A stretch of DNA of 64,000 bases from Solirubrobacteraceae bacterium (GCA_032119595.1 JAUMBQ010000005.1:30328-94327), one strand, 5' to 3'. Shown: positions 9,660 through 19,000, counted from the first letter of the stretch. Program-made: numbers and translations. The notes: generated from the sequence alone by a model not told the origin.

Positions 9660-10142
9660 TCAGGCGACCTGGGCGACGAGATCGGTGCCTAGCTGGGTGC
9701 GCTCTGCGCTGCGGCGTTCGCGCGTGTCGCGGGCGGCGAGCACGGCTTCGCTGAGGGCGACGAGTTCGGTCGTCGGGAGATTCACGAAGGTGTCGTGGTG
9801 CACGGGCTGAGGGACGGCGCGCAGCTTGATTTCGGTCGTCTGCTCAAGGTCGTCGTACGCCTGAGCCTCGTCGCCCACTCCGATGCTGGCGAAGCGCACG
9901 ATGAGCAGCATCGCGGTCACGCAGAGCAAGCCGCTGACGAGGTTGGAGATCATCAGCGCTTTGGCGCCGAAGCCGAACAGGTTCACGTAGGCCATCGAGA
10001 GGTTGGTGATGAGCCCCATCCCCCACCCCAGGACGCTCTGTCCTCCGGATGATCGGGTGCGGAGCATGCGCAGGATTTGCGGGAGAGACGCGGCGAGGCC
10101 GACGGCCATCGCGATGCTGGAGATGAGGGAGATGGAGTTCAC
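9660..10142 (-). CDS. PQ-loop / SemiSWEET-like membrane protein with a soluble C-terminal tail
   Basis: Three predicted TM helices with LAASLPQILRMLRTRSSGGQS (a PQ motif). The start is placed at GTG 10142; the ORF is open to 10274 and the start is uncertain. Confidence 0.55.
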   Translation of the reverse strand: MNSISLISSIAMAVGLAASLPQILRMLRTRSSGGQSVLGWGMGLITNLSMAYVNLFGFGAKALMISNLVSGLLCVTAMLLIVRFASIGVGDEAQAYDDLEQTTEIKLRAVPQPVHHDTFVNLPTTELVALSEAVLAARDTRERRSAERTQLGTDLVAQVA

Positions 10143-10791
10143 GGCGGCGGGCTTCTGGGGGAGGTGGTGTTCGGGAATGCAACGAAGCAGCGGCTTTTGC
10201 ACGCGGACGCACAAAAGCCGCTCGAAGCAGGCGCGTCTCTTCCGAGAGTTGCTGGCTTGGGGCGGCCCATCCACGACGCGCCGATCACGGGCGGTCGAGG
10301 GACTTACTGAGGCTCGGCGTACCGAGGTGATCCGTGTGGTCTGACTGACTCTAGAAGCTCATCGGACACGTCCGACCACTTCTGGACCCTTTGGACGGTG
10401 AGCCTGTTCACACAGGCGGAGCGGCGACGCGACGGACGTCCCGTCGTGAACCGATGAGCCAGGCGCGGAACCCCATCTCCGCAGCTATTCCGTCGGGCCC
10501 GAGGTGAGCGTGATGACCACATCGCCAGACTCGAGCACCAAGCGGCCGTCTCTCCGGCCGACGCGGGCGCCGTCGAGTGCATTGGGCGTAGGTCGCAGAC
10601 ACCTCGAGAGGGTAGCCCGAGCCGGCCTGCGGGGACCAAACGGAGGGACCCCCCGAGGCTCGCGGCACTGCTTGCTTCAAGAGCCTGGTCCGGCGATAGT
10701 TCCGTTGGTGACTTCACTCGAGCTGGCGGGCGCGGCTCGCGACTTGTCTTTGGGCGCAGTCGCCGACGACGCGCAGGATTGGGGTATCGAG

Positions 10792-11085
10792 ATGGCAGAC
10801 CCCGCCCGCGTCGACGAGTTCATTTCGTACTGCTCTAAGCATTGGGCACTCCTCAGCCCTCGGGCGAGGGCTGAACTCACTGACCTGGTCTTGCAGTCGG
10901 CCGAGGAAGCGATGGAAGCACGAACGCCCTTCAACCTCGAAGGGCTCCGGCGATTCGCGACGACCGCCGACCCCGATCGTCTGCGCTATTGGCTCGGCCT
11001 GCAGCCGGCAGACGCAGACCCTTGGCTCGTTTCAGCGCAGCTTCGCAACTGGGCTGAGGCCAACGATCTCCAAACGCCGTACTGA
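10792..11085 (+). CDS. hypothetical small alpha-helical protein
   Basis: Start at MADPARVDEFISYCSKHW. The upstream part of the 10504 ORF does not look protein-like. Codons show more A/T third positions than core genes. Confidence 0.4.
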   Translation: MADPARVDEFISYCSKHWALLSPRARAELTDLVLQSAEEAMEARTPFNLEGLRRFATTADPDRLRYWLGLQPADADPWLVSAQLRNWAEANDLQTPY

Positions 11086-11160
11086 CACGTCCGTAATCGA
11101 TCGTCGAGCGAGACGCCTACCTCGATTGAGGCAGGCGGTCGTTGCAGTTGGAGACGTGGT

Positions 11161-11553
11161 CTAGCTCATCTCGAAATCTGTCAGATCAGCTGGGCTGTGG
11201 GCTGCGACGTAGAGAATGAGGGCGGTGATGACGGCTGCTGCGACGACCAGTCGCCACGGGTGCACCTTCTGCAGCGTCGCCGCGTACCAGGCCAAGCCGG
11301 CGCCAAACAGCCCCGCGCTGGCGGCCGCCATGACGAAGAAGGTTGCAAAGGCGTACGGATCGCGGTCTCGAGCAGGGTCGGACTCGAACCGGCTCACATC
11401 AGACACCCCGAAAACCGCGAGGGCGCTGAGAAAGAGGCAGGCCGTCAGCAGCGCGAACGCTGACACGGCAGCGACGACGCGCCGCCGCTCGTCGATCTCG
11501 GTTTCGGCAGGCGCCGGTCCTCTCTCGCTCACTGCGGCACCGTAGGCACGCAA
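11161..11553 (-). CDS. hypothetical membrane protein
   Basis: 130 aa with 3-4 hydrophobic helices (VVAAVSAFALLTACLFLSALAVFGV, FATFFVMAAASAGLFGAGLAWYA, LVVAAAVITALILYVAA). Confidence 0.5.
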   Translation of the reverse strand: MRAYGAAVSERGPAPAETEIDERRRVVAAVSAFALLTACLFLSALAVFGVSDVSRFESDPARDRDPYAFATFFVMAAASAGLFGAGLAWYAATLQKVHPWRLVVAAAVITALILYVAAHSPADLTDFEMS

Positions 11554-11758
11554 GCGTGTTCGCTACACGGTCTCAGACTGGGTGCCATGGATCGATGGTC
11601 GCAGACCTTCGCGGTACCGCCGTCGGCGTCTCGCCCGTGGATCCCTTAGCGAGGAGACCACAGCGGCTGCCGATCGGCTAGCGAAACATTGGCTCCAGGC
11701 TCCCGCAAACACCGCCTCGTGACGCGGCCGAAGAGGGGCGTGAAAGGCAGAACACCTA

Positions 11759-12067
11759 CTAAGGGTGCTCCTCGAAGGTCGAGCCTTCGAGTGGTGGCCA
11801 GACGGTTGGTGCGATCACGAGTGCGCCGAGCAGCGCAACGACCGCTAGCACCTCAGTGTGGGTGGCCAGCGCGGCAAGCGCCACGCCGATGCACGCGGCT
11901 GCCGCTGCGCTACGAACCCAAAAGCGGCGCGAGGTGGGCGCCCGATTCGCGGCGCGACGGTCCAGCAGCCTCCAAATGAGGCCCACGACGAACGGTGCCG
12001 CGAACAGCCCCAGCAGCACGTAGGTTCCCCCTGAACCGTCATCTCCTCCACCACCGAAAAAGAACAC
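11759..12067 (-). CDS. hypothetical membrane protein
   Basis: 102 aa with three hydrophobic segments. No motif was recognised. Confidence 0.4.
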   Translation of the reverse strand: MFFFGGGGDDGSGGTYVLLGLFAAPFVVGLIWRLLDRRAANRAPTSRRFWVRSAAAAACIGVALAALATHTEVLAVVALLGALVIAPTVWPPLEGSTFEEHP

Positions 12068-12214
12068 GCCTTAAGCGTACGGCTCGCTGCGCGATCCGAA
12101 GAGATTTCTCCGGGCGTCAGCCGTCACGAGGACCAGAAGTTGCGTCGCAGACGCTGATCCGCCACCTCGCTCCGTGAGAGGAGCAACCCCGACAGGGATG
12201 GTCGTGCGGGACGG

Positions 12215-12678
12215 TCAGGTCCAGGCGCGGCGAGACGTTCGTGTCTCGCAGGCGACGATGGCTTGGGCCAACTCATCGGCGTAGCCGTGAACCGGGATGG
12301 CGGACCGTAGGGCAGGGAGCAGCGCGGGGTCGGCGATCGCAGCGGCGGCTTCGTATCCGTAGGGTCCGCGGTTGCCGGCTTTGAGGTATTGGATGAGCGG
12401 CTCGACCACCCGCTGGTCGCCGAGCATCGCGAGGTTCACGAGGGCTTGGCCTGCCGCGCTCCAGTTTGCGTCGGCTGTGCAGGCGAGGATCGCGTCGCGG
12501 ATCTCCGGCGTGTCGATGGTCAGCTGCGGGAACCCGAAGCAGGCCGGGCCTGCAACGCGACCAGAGCCGACAGCCGTTCGCCGCCTTCCCCCGAGTCCTC
12601 ATCGGGTTCCAACAACGCCGTGGCAAACAACTCGTCCGTCGAGCGCGGATCCGCCGCCGTCTCTTCCCAGGTCGCCAC
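12215..12678 (-). pseudogene. HEAT (PBS-lyase-type) repeat protein, apparently frameshifted
   Basis: The downstream frame reads FGFPQLTIDTPEIRDAILAC...AGQALVNLAMLGDQRVVEPLIQYLKAGN...DPALLPALRSAI (HEAT_PBS-like). The upstream frame starts at GTG 12678 (VATWEETAADPRSTDELFATALLEPDED...ERLSALVALQARPA) and stops at 12520-12522. The two frames overlap at 12520-12598 and read as one protein if a 1-nt shift is assumed near 12540. Confidence 0.35.
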
Positions 12679-12790
12679 CAGCCAACCCTAGATGCTGCCC
12701 TCCACTGGGCCGCGCCGCGAGAGGGGATCGCGTTGCGAGACGGGTTCCTGTCGACGGGACGCCCATCCGTGACTCGGCCTGGCCGCAGGG

Positions 12791-13228
12791 TTATCGCGTC
12801 GGATCAAACGTCACGTGGGTGCGCCCCGAGCGCAGCTCAAGGGAGTTGCCTCGTCCGATGATCTGCGCCCCGTCCAAGAAGTCGGTGAACCACCTGTCCT
12901 GTACCTCTCGGGCTCCGCTACATCCGATCAGCGTGGACGTGACCCGCAGCGTCTCAAGACGGTCGCCGCGTAGGGCGTAACCGCCGTCAGCGTCGTTGCA
13001 GCCACCGGCGTCCGCGGAGAATCGGCCATCTGCAAACGACAACGTCGGCGCTGTACCCGGAAGGAGCTCAAAGCCGATGACTTTCGAAGCGACGAGATTG
13101 CGACCATCGAGTACTCCACTTCCCGGCAGCGGCTTATCCTGTGGCTCCCCGGACGTCAGGACGACCGTGGCCACGGCGACCGCGACAATCCCGCCCAGGC
13201 TGGCCACAACAAGACGTACCCGAGACAT
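12791..13228 (-). CDS. META domain-containing protein (HslJ-like), membrane-anchored
   Basis: TLSFADGRFSADAGGCNDADGGYALRGDRLETLRVTSTLIGCSG...FLDGAQIIGRGNSLELRSG is the META/DUF306 pattern. The start is at MSRVRLVVASLGGIVAVAVATVVL (ATG 13228). Confidence 0.75.
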   Translation of the reverse strand: MSRVRLVVASLGGIVAVAVATVVLTSGEPQDKPLPGSGVLDGRNLVASKVIGFELLPGTAPTLSFADGRFSADAGGCNDADGGYALRGDRLETLRVTSTLIGCSGAREVQDRWFTDFLDGAQIIGRGNSLELRSGRTHVTFDPTR

Positions 13229-13390
13229 CTCGCGAACCCTCGCAGAGACGACGAGGTCGCGGGACCGAAGCCGCACGGCGAGCCGAGTTCGCGCCTCTTT
13301 CGGGGATCCGTAACCGAGGCGCGAGCATGACGCCTGATCGGCGAGAGCAGCCCCGTTTTGATCGTGGGTGGCTGGCACGTCCGGCGCTTT

Positions 13391-14830
13391 TCAACGGGTC
13401 GCGCTGGCTTGTTGCCGAACCTCAGGCTCGTCGAGTGGGTCGCGTGCAAGCTGATGAAGTCGCTCGCTGACACCCGGGCAGGTGACGTCGACGTGTTGGA
13501 TGCCGGTGGCCCGGATCGACGACTCGCAGTCCCAGAGGCAGTCGATCGCTAGACCGCTGGGGAAGTCGGGGTCGGTGACGGCGATGGCGTCGACGACAAA
13601 GTGGCGACCGAACGAGTATGGCATTTCCTGAAATGCGCGCGTCAGTTCTGGGTACGCGAGACCGCGGTCGTGGCGACCGATCGCCTCCGCGAGACCCGAC
13701 ACGATGTACTGGTCACCGTTGAGACCGGCATCCAGTTCGCGATCGAGCACGCTGCGGCAGAAGTCCACGTCGTTGACGCCCGCGTGCTCTGACAGCACGT
13801 GTGCCGCTGCCGAACGGACTGAGCCGTCGTAGTCGCCCTCTAGCCACTCGTACACCGTCGCGCGTGTCTGGGTGAAAGGCAGCGCGAAGAACGCTCGACG
13901 CAGACTGAGAGGGTGGCTGGTTTGGGTCAAGCGGTTCGGAAGCTCCAGGACGAACGGGAGCACCGCGAGGTTTCCCTGTCGTGCAAGCGCGAGCGCGGCG
14001 ACTCCGCTCATCGGTGCCATCGGATCGGCGGCCGCCTCCAACATCGTCGCCACGTCGTCCGACGACGTTCTCCGGCAGAGTGCGCGGACTACGAGGTCTC
14101 GAGGACGGCGCTTTCCGTCCGAGAGCAGATCAGCCGTCTTGACGTCTGTGTAGATCGGGACCGAGATGCCCCACCGCTGCTCGCCAGGCGGTTCCCCGTG
14201 ACCGACTGCATCGCGAATCGTCGGAAACGTCTCGAGCCAAGCAGCCCAAGGCAGCCGATCGCTCTCCAGCGAACCGCTTTGATCAATGGCGTGCTTGAGC
14301 TGTGCTGCCGCCGGGAACCGTGTGCACAGTGCCTCGGCCAGTCCTTCGACGCGAGTGCTCCAGTCCGCCGCCGGCTCATCGTGGTTGTCGTAGACCAGCA
14401 AGTCGATTGCGTCGAGCCAGTAACGACTGGCTACGGCGGCGCGCCGCAGCGCTGCAATCGCGGCAGCGTCGCCGCGGCTCGCCATCGTTCCGAGCACGCG
14501 CAACGACAGCGGCTCACGGTCCAGATCGTCGGCTTCGATGCCTGAATCGTGGGCTCCAAGCAACGCCTCGATCGCACCCACGTCCACGCCCAACGAGAGT
14601 GCGAGGTCGGCGTAATAGAGCTCACGGCTGTCGATCTCGCGGTCCCAACGCGGATCAACTGCCAGGCAGCGAAGCAGCAACTCGACGGCAACGTCGCCAA
14701 GTTCTAGAGCCCGACGCACGCCCGATCCAAGGCCGCGCTCGAGCTGACCGAGAAGCGTGGTCGACGCCGAGAGTCCTGGCGGCCAGGTCTGCGAGGAGAT
14801 CGTCTTGATCGGGACCGGATCCGAACTCAC
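13391..14830 (-). CDS. hypothetical all-alpha (HEAT/ARM-like) protein
   Basis: 479-aa ORF with a GTG start. It has leucine/alanine-rich helical repeats, e.g. GVAALALARQGNLAVLPFVLEL. No catalytic motif was recognised. Confidence 0.55.
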   Translation of the reverse strand: MSSDPVPIKTISSQTWPPGLSASTTLLGQLERGLGSGVRRALELGDVAVELLLRCLAVDPRWDREIDSRELYYADLALSLGVDVGAIEALLGAHDSGIEADDLDREPLSLRVLGTMASRGDAAAIAALRRAAVASRYWLDAIDLLVYDNHDEPAADWSTRVEGLAEALCTRFPAAAQLKHAIDQSGSLESDRLPWAAWLETFPTIRDAVGHGEPPGEQRWGISVPIYTDVKTADLLSDGKRRPRDLVVRALCRRTSSDDVATMLEAAADPMAPMSGVAALALARQGNLAVLPFVLELPNRLTQTSHPLSLRRAFFALPFTQTRATVYEWLEGDYDGSVRSAAAHVLSEHAGVNDVDFCRSVLDRELDAGLNGDQYIVSGLAEAIGRHDRGLAYPELTRAFQEMPYSFGRHFVVDAIAVTDPDFPSGLAIDCLWDCESSIRATGIQHVDVTCPGVSERLHQLARDPLDEPEVRQQASATR

Positions 14831-15176
14831 CGACCAGATCGTACGTAGCGATCAAAACCCACTCCGCAAACGAACGAGAGCAGACGTGCCGAACCCATCG
14901 GAGTCGCCGGCACCAGGTCTCGATCGGGGAACGCCCACCGAGGCAACGTAAACCGCGCTCTCCTCCACCGCCGCTGAGCAGGGAAGTCTCATATACCCCG
15001 CCCGAATTGATTCGCAGTGGCTCTCAGTCTGGGCGTCACTTCTGGAAGTCGCCAGCCTCGAGGCAGCGCGCACGACCGCAGCGGGCGTGGCCGTCGCTTC
15101 GGCGTTGCCAAGGACCTCGATCGGCGGCTGACCGTCGGACCCCTCAGTTGCCGAACAACCCTCCGCTGGCGGTCCG

Positions 15177-15662
15177 TCAGAGGGGATTCGAAACGCTGGT
15201 GTCCCGCAGCTGCTCGAGTTCGGCCTCGCCCGGGCAAGAGTCGAGACGCTTTGCGCGCTGCCCGCGGGTGGCATCGATGATCGGTCGACCGCCGAGAGGG
15301 CGCTCGAGTTTCACGAGCGTTTCGGTTACCGGCGCTTCGAGCAGCGCACTGCCGCGGTGCACTCCATCGGGGAGTGGCTCGGGTCGCTCCCGGAGCACCA
15401 CGTGGACGGCGTCGTGCTCTTGAGCGACATACACCACCATGTCCTCTCCGTAAGGAGGGGAATAGATCGTGATCGAGAGCCCGTTTGCGGCCACGGAGTA
15501 GCCAAAGAACGGGACCGTGTGCGGCAAGTCCGTCGGATCGCCATCGTCGAATACCGGCGACCCTGCCGGTGGCGTCCACGGCCCGGCGCCTTCTAGGCCC
15601 CAGGGCCGCCCTGCATTCAGGGCTGCGCGCTGCGTGCGCTCCCGAGTGGGGTCAACGGACAT
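15177..15662 (-). CDS. hypothetical protein
   Basis: 161-aa ORF lying 76 bp downstream of the TM-Nudix-like gene on the same strand. No motif was recognised. Confidence 0.45.
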   Translation of the reverse strand: MSVDPTRERTQRAALNAGRPWGLEGAGPWTPPAGSPVFDDGDPTDLPHTVPFFGYSVAANGLSITIYSPPYGEDMVVYVAQEHDAVHVVLRERPEPLPDGVHRGSALLEAPVTETLVKLERPLGGRPIIDATRGQRAKRLDSCPGEAELEQLRDTSVSNPL

Positions 15663-15738
15663 TGGCCCAACCTAGCCGGTCCGAGCGCTGGCTCAGAAGG
15701 CTCTCGGGCAAGGGCAGACCAACGAGCTGTGGTTCGCC

Positions 15739-17109
15739 TCACACCAGCGCCGCGCGGTGCTGCCACGCCAGGCGCAGCAGGGCGTCGGCCGCGGGCGCGA
15801 GGTCGGCGATGGCCAGCGCCTCGCGGATGCCCTCGTCGGTGAACGGGAGGCCCCCGAAGGTGCCGTCGGGGCGGGTTTGGCCGACGAGGGTGCCTTCGCC
15901 GTTCTCGCGGGGCGGCTGGCCGATGATGCGGTCGAAGTCGGCCTCGTCGATCACGAGGACCGTGAGGAGTTCCAGCCAGTACGAGAGCGGGTCGAGGCCG
16001 AAGCCGACGAGCCACGGGCGGGCGGGGCCTGCCCGGCGAGCGGCTTCCAGGCCAGCCAGCGCCGGATCGGTCTCGTAGACGTCTGGGGCGACAGCGCGGT
16101 CGTCGATATGCCACTCGCCAAGGAGTTCCTCGGCCGACTCGCGCACGACGGTCCACCACGGCGCGGCATCGCGCGCGAAGACATCGGGGAGATCGTCGAT
16201 GGCGGGCTGGAACACGCCGGTCGGCACGACGTGCGTCTGGCCACTGACCATCCCGACGGTGCGGCGACGGTGGAGCCAGAACTCGGCGCTGCCATCCGCG
16301 GCACGGCGGAGGACCAGGGTGCTGACCGACGCGACGGTCGTGCGCGCCCCCAGGTCGAACGGATCGGGGACGGCATCGCGCAGGGGCACGAACCCGTCCC
16401 ATGCGCCGATCTCGGCCTCGACCTGTTCGGCGCGCTCGGCGCGCACGAGATCGCACTCCAGCGGCACCGCTTCGTCGAGCGCGGCGAAGTAGCTCGTGCG
16501 GCCGAGCTGCAGGTCGACCCGGTCCGGCGACATCTCAAGCCCCAGCACGCGGTAGCAGTCACGGTTCACGTACCGCCCGGCCGGCGGCTCCTCGAGATCG
16601 ACGATCGCGTCGCTGATGTGGAGATGGCGCGGCCCGAGCGACGTTCGAGGCCGCCACTCCACCAAGGCCTCCCGCAGCGCCTGGGCCACTGGCAACCCCG
16701 GGTCGTCGACGGCATCGACCACGACCTCGGCACCGTCCGGGTCGAGCCGCAGCGGTCGCGACAGCAACCAACGCTTGGGAACCAGCAGGCTGGTGTCTTC
16801 CCACCGCGGCCCCACGTCGCCGATCAGCCCGGCCGCCGCGCGAACCAGCGCGGGGCGCTCCTCACGCACGCGCGTGCGCTCAACCGTGAATCCGATCTGC
16901 GAGAACTCCACTTCGCGCGCGAGATCACGCTTTCGTTTCGCCTCCTCGCGCGTGTCGGCCTCGCCCTGAAGGCGGCGCTTCTCGGCGATCGCCTCCTGCG
17001 CGCGGCGGTACTGCACGATCGCGCCGTAGATCAGCGAGGCGATCACGATCGCGGCCAGCGCGAACCCGGCGATCGCGAGGCCGACAGACGCAACGGGAAC
17101 CAAGACCAT
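15739..17109 (-). CDS. membrane-anchored protein with a C-terminal Nudix-like fold
   Basis: The start is placed at MVLVPVASVGLAIAGFALAAIVIASLIYG (one TM helix), followed by a charged coiled segment. The later stretch VSTLVLRRAADGSAEFWLHRRR...VVPTGVFQP...WWTVVRESAEELLGE resembles Nudix beta-strands plus the REUXEEXGU half of the Nudix box. Confidence 0.6.
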   Translation of the reverse strand: MVLVPVASVGLAIAGFALAAIVIASLIYGAIVQYRRAQEAIAEKRRLQGEADTREEAKRKRDLAREVEFSQIGFTVERTRVREERPALVRAAAGLIGDVGPRWEDTSLLVPKRWLLSRPLRLDPDGAEVVVDAVDDPGLPVAQALREALVEWRPRTSLGPRHLHISDAIVDLEEPPAGRYVNRDCYRVLGLEMSPDRVDLQLGRTSYFAALDEAVPLECDLVRAERAEQVEAEIGAWDGFVPLRDAVPDPFDLGARTTVASVSTLVLRRAADGSAEFWLHRRRTVGMVSGQTHVVPTGVFQPAIDDLPDVFARDAAPWWTVVRESAEELLGEWHIDDRAVAPDVYETDPALAGLEAARRAGPARPWLVGFGLDPLSYWLELLTVLVIDEADFDRIIGQPPRENGEGTLVGQTRPDGTFGGLPFTDEGIREALAIADLAPAADALLRLAWQHRAALV

Positions 17110-17338
17110 GCCCTTGAGTCTGGCGCCTCGGCGGGTCGCACCCCGCACGCCCGCTCGCGTTGACGGGAATGCTCGTCAGCGATGCACACCCCGACCGGCT
17201 ATGACCTGCAACTGGGCACACCTGGATAGGCCGAACGTACAAGGCTCCGGCCTCAGGTTCGGCCGCACGCACAAACGTGCGGCTAGGCTCCTGTTGGAAG
17301 CTGTGGCCCTGCCTACTTCGTCCCCTGATCAAACCCCC

Positions 17339-19000
17339 ATGGCGTACGGCCCAGAACTCGGTGGACCCTTCGATGAAGTGTTCGCGCCCGGAGCGGAGCC
17401 GCACCCCCATACCGTCTCGCTCGCGCGAGAACTTGCCGCTCTTGGGCCGCAAGCACTCGCCGAAGCCGGCCATCGAAGAGACGCCATCTTCGTGCAGCAG
17501 GGCATCACGTTCGACGCGTCCGGCGAGGCCGGCCCCGTTCGTGATCGCCCCTTCCCGCTCGACCTCGTGCCGCGGATCCTGCCGGCCTCCGAGTGGGACC
17601 ACATCGAACGCGGCCTCGCGCAGCGCATCACTGCGCTGAACCGCTTCATCGACGACGTCTACCACGAGCGCGAGATCGTCCGTGCGGGCCTCGTGCCGTG
17701 GCAGCTCATCGTCAGCCGCTCGCACTTCGCCCGCGCCGTGCACGGCATCCGGCCACCAGGCGGCGTCTACTGCCACGTCGCCGGCTGCGACCTCGTCAAG
17801 GACAGCGACGGATCTTGGAAAGTCCTGGAAGACAACGTCCGCACGCCATCCGGCATCTCGTACGTCCTAGAGAACCGTGTCGCGATGACGCGCCTGGTCC
17901 CGCAGTTCTTCCGCGACTACCACGTGCGTCCGGTCGATCAGTACCCGCAGATCCTCGCCGCCGCGCTGCGGGCCGCCGCCCCGAGCGCCGAAGACGAAGC
18001 AACGATCGTCGTCTGGACGCCGGGCTCGATGAACTCCGCGTACTTCGAGCACTCGTTCATCGCACGGCAGATGGGCGTCGAGCTCGTCGAAGCCTCCGAC
18101 CTCGTCGTCCGCGACGACGTGGTCTACATGCGCACGACCGCCGGGCTGCGCCGCGTCCACGCGATCTACCGCCGCCTCGACGACGACTTCATCGACCCGC
18201 TTGAGTTCCGCCCCGACTCACTCCTCGGCGTCCCCGGCCTGATCCGGGCGTACCGCGCCGGCACCGTCGCAATCGCCAATGCCGTCGGCACGGGCGTCGC
18301 CGACGACAAAGCGATCTACCACTACGTGCCGGAGATGATCAAGTTCTACCTGGGCGAGGAGCCAATCCTCGACAACGTCCAGACGTACCTGATGGCCGAC
18401 CCCAAGCAGCTCGAGTACGCGCTCAGCCGCCGCAACGAACTCGTCTTCAAGCCGACGAACGAGTCCGGCGGCAAAGGCGTCTGTATCGGGCCCCGGACCT
18501 CGTCGGAGGCGCTCGATTCGCTCGCGGCCGTCATCCGGTCCAAGCCGGAGGACTGGATCGCGCAGGAGCTCGTGAATCTCTCGACCGTGCCGACGGCCGG
18601 GCCCGACGGCGTGCTCGCCCCGCGGCACGTCGACCTGCGCCCGTTCGCGGTGTTCGGCGAAACGATCAAGATCGTCCCGGGCGGGTTGACCCGCGTGGCG
18701 ATGGTCGAGGGATCGATGATCGTGAACTCCTCCCAGGGCGGCGGCTCCAAGGACACGTGGGTGCTCGAGGAGCAGGACGACGCGCCGCTGACGACCGAGG
18801 CGCTCTCGTCGCGCGTCATGTCGCCGACCATGCCGAACCTGCGGTACGGCAGCGAATGGCACGGCCAACAGCAGCAACAGCAACAGCAGTCGCCGACCGC
18901 ACGTGTCGACCAAACCGCCGCGACGGATCTGGCGGCGGGCTCGGATGACGAGCTGCCACCGCAGCGCCAAGCGTTCCCGACCGACGGAGGGCTTGCCTAG
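17339..19000 (+). CDS. circularly permuted type-2 ATP-grasp protein (COG2308 family)
   Basis: The start is at MAYGPELGGPFDEVF. Conserved blocks are GITFD, RPFPLDLVPRIL, VLEDNVRTPSGISYVLENR, VFKPTNESGGKGV and DLRPF. A ~75-aa low-complexity C-terminal tail contains Q8. Confidence 0.9.
   Translation: MAYGPELGGPFDEVFAPGAEPHPHTVSLARELAALGPQALAEAGHRRDAIFVQQGITFDASGEAGPVRDRPFPLDLVPRILPASEWDHIERGLAQRITALNRFIDDVYHEREIVRAGLVPWQLIVSRSHFARAVHGIRPPGGVYCHVAGCDLVKDSDGSWKVLEDNVRTPSGISYVLENRVAMTRLVPQFFRDYHVRPVDQYPQILAAALRAAAPSAEDEATIVVWTPGSMNSAYFEHSFIARQMGVELVEASDLVVRDDVVYMRTTAGLRRVHAIYRRLDDDFIDPLEFRPDSLLGVPGLIRAYRAGTVAIANAVGTGVADDKAIYHYVPEMIKFYLGEEPILDNVQTYLMADPKQLEYALSRRNELVFKPTNESGGKGVCIGPRTSSEALDSLAAVIRSKPEDWIAQELVNLSTVPTAGPDGVLAPRHVDLRPFAVFGETIKIVPGGLTRVAMVEGSMIVNSSQGGGSKDTWVLEEQDDAPLTTEALSSRVMSPTMPNLRYGSEWHGQQQQQQQQSPTARVDQTAATDLAAGSDDELPPQRQAFPTDGGLA

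Noticed and set aside
10304-10717. 137-aa minus-strand ORF and other frames in the 10275-10791 gap (possible small genes or gene remnants, e.g. ...GRLVLESGDVVITLTSGPTE).
   Set aside because: The frames are Arg/Pro/Ser-rich or very short and have no motif or start context. They are treated as non-coding or decayed sequence.
11375-11450. tRNA-like T-arm (GGTCGGACTCGAACCGGC) suggesting a minus-strand tRNA.
   Set aside because: The T-stem has a mismatch. No acceptor, D or anticodon arms can be drawn. The sequence lies inside the 11161..11553 membrane-protein ORF (VSRFESDPARD).
14655-14855. Alternative N-terminus for the 13391..14830 gene in another frame (MIATYDLVGEFGSGPDQDDLLADLAARTLGVD), implying a frameshift.
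   Set aside because: It looks protein-like but is short, and I cannot locate a convincing junction. Without homologs this is not supportable. It is noted only as a possibility.
15757-17163. Long antisense ORFs opposite real genes (e.g. 15757..17163 +, 27492..29624 -, 40850..42529 +, 55918..57960 +, 7226..8395 +, 25069..26514 -).
   Set aside because: These are typical high-GC stop-codon-poor shadow frames. They are Arg/Gly/Pro/Asp-rich and motif-free, and they lie opposite genes with strong family signatures (TM-Nudix, mutB, murJ, leuS, CNNM, mutA).
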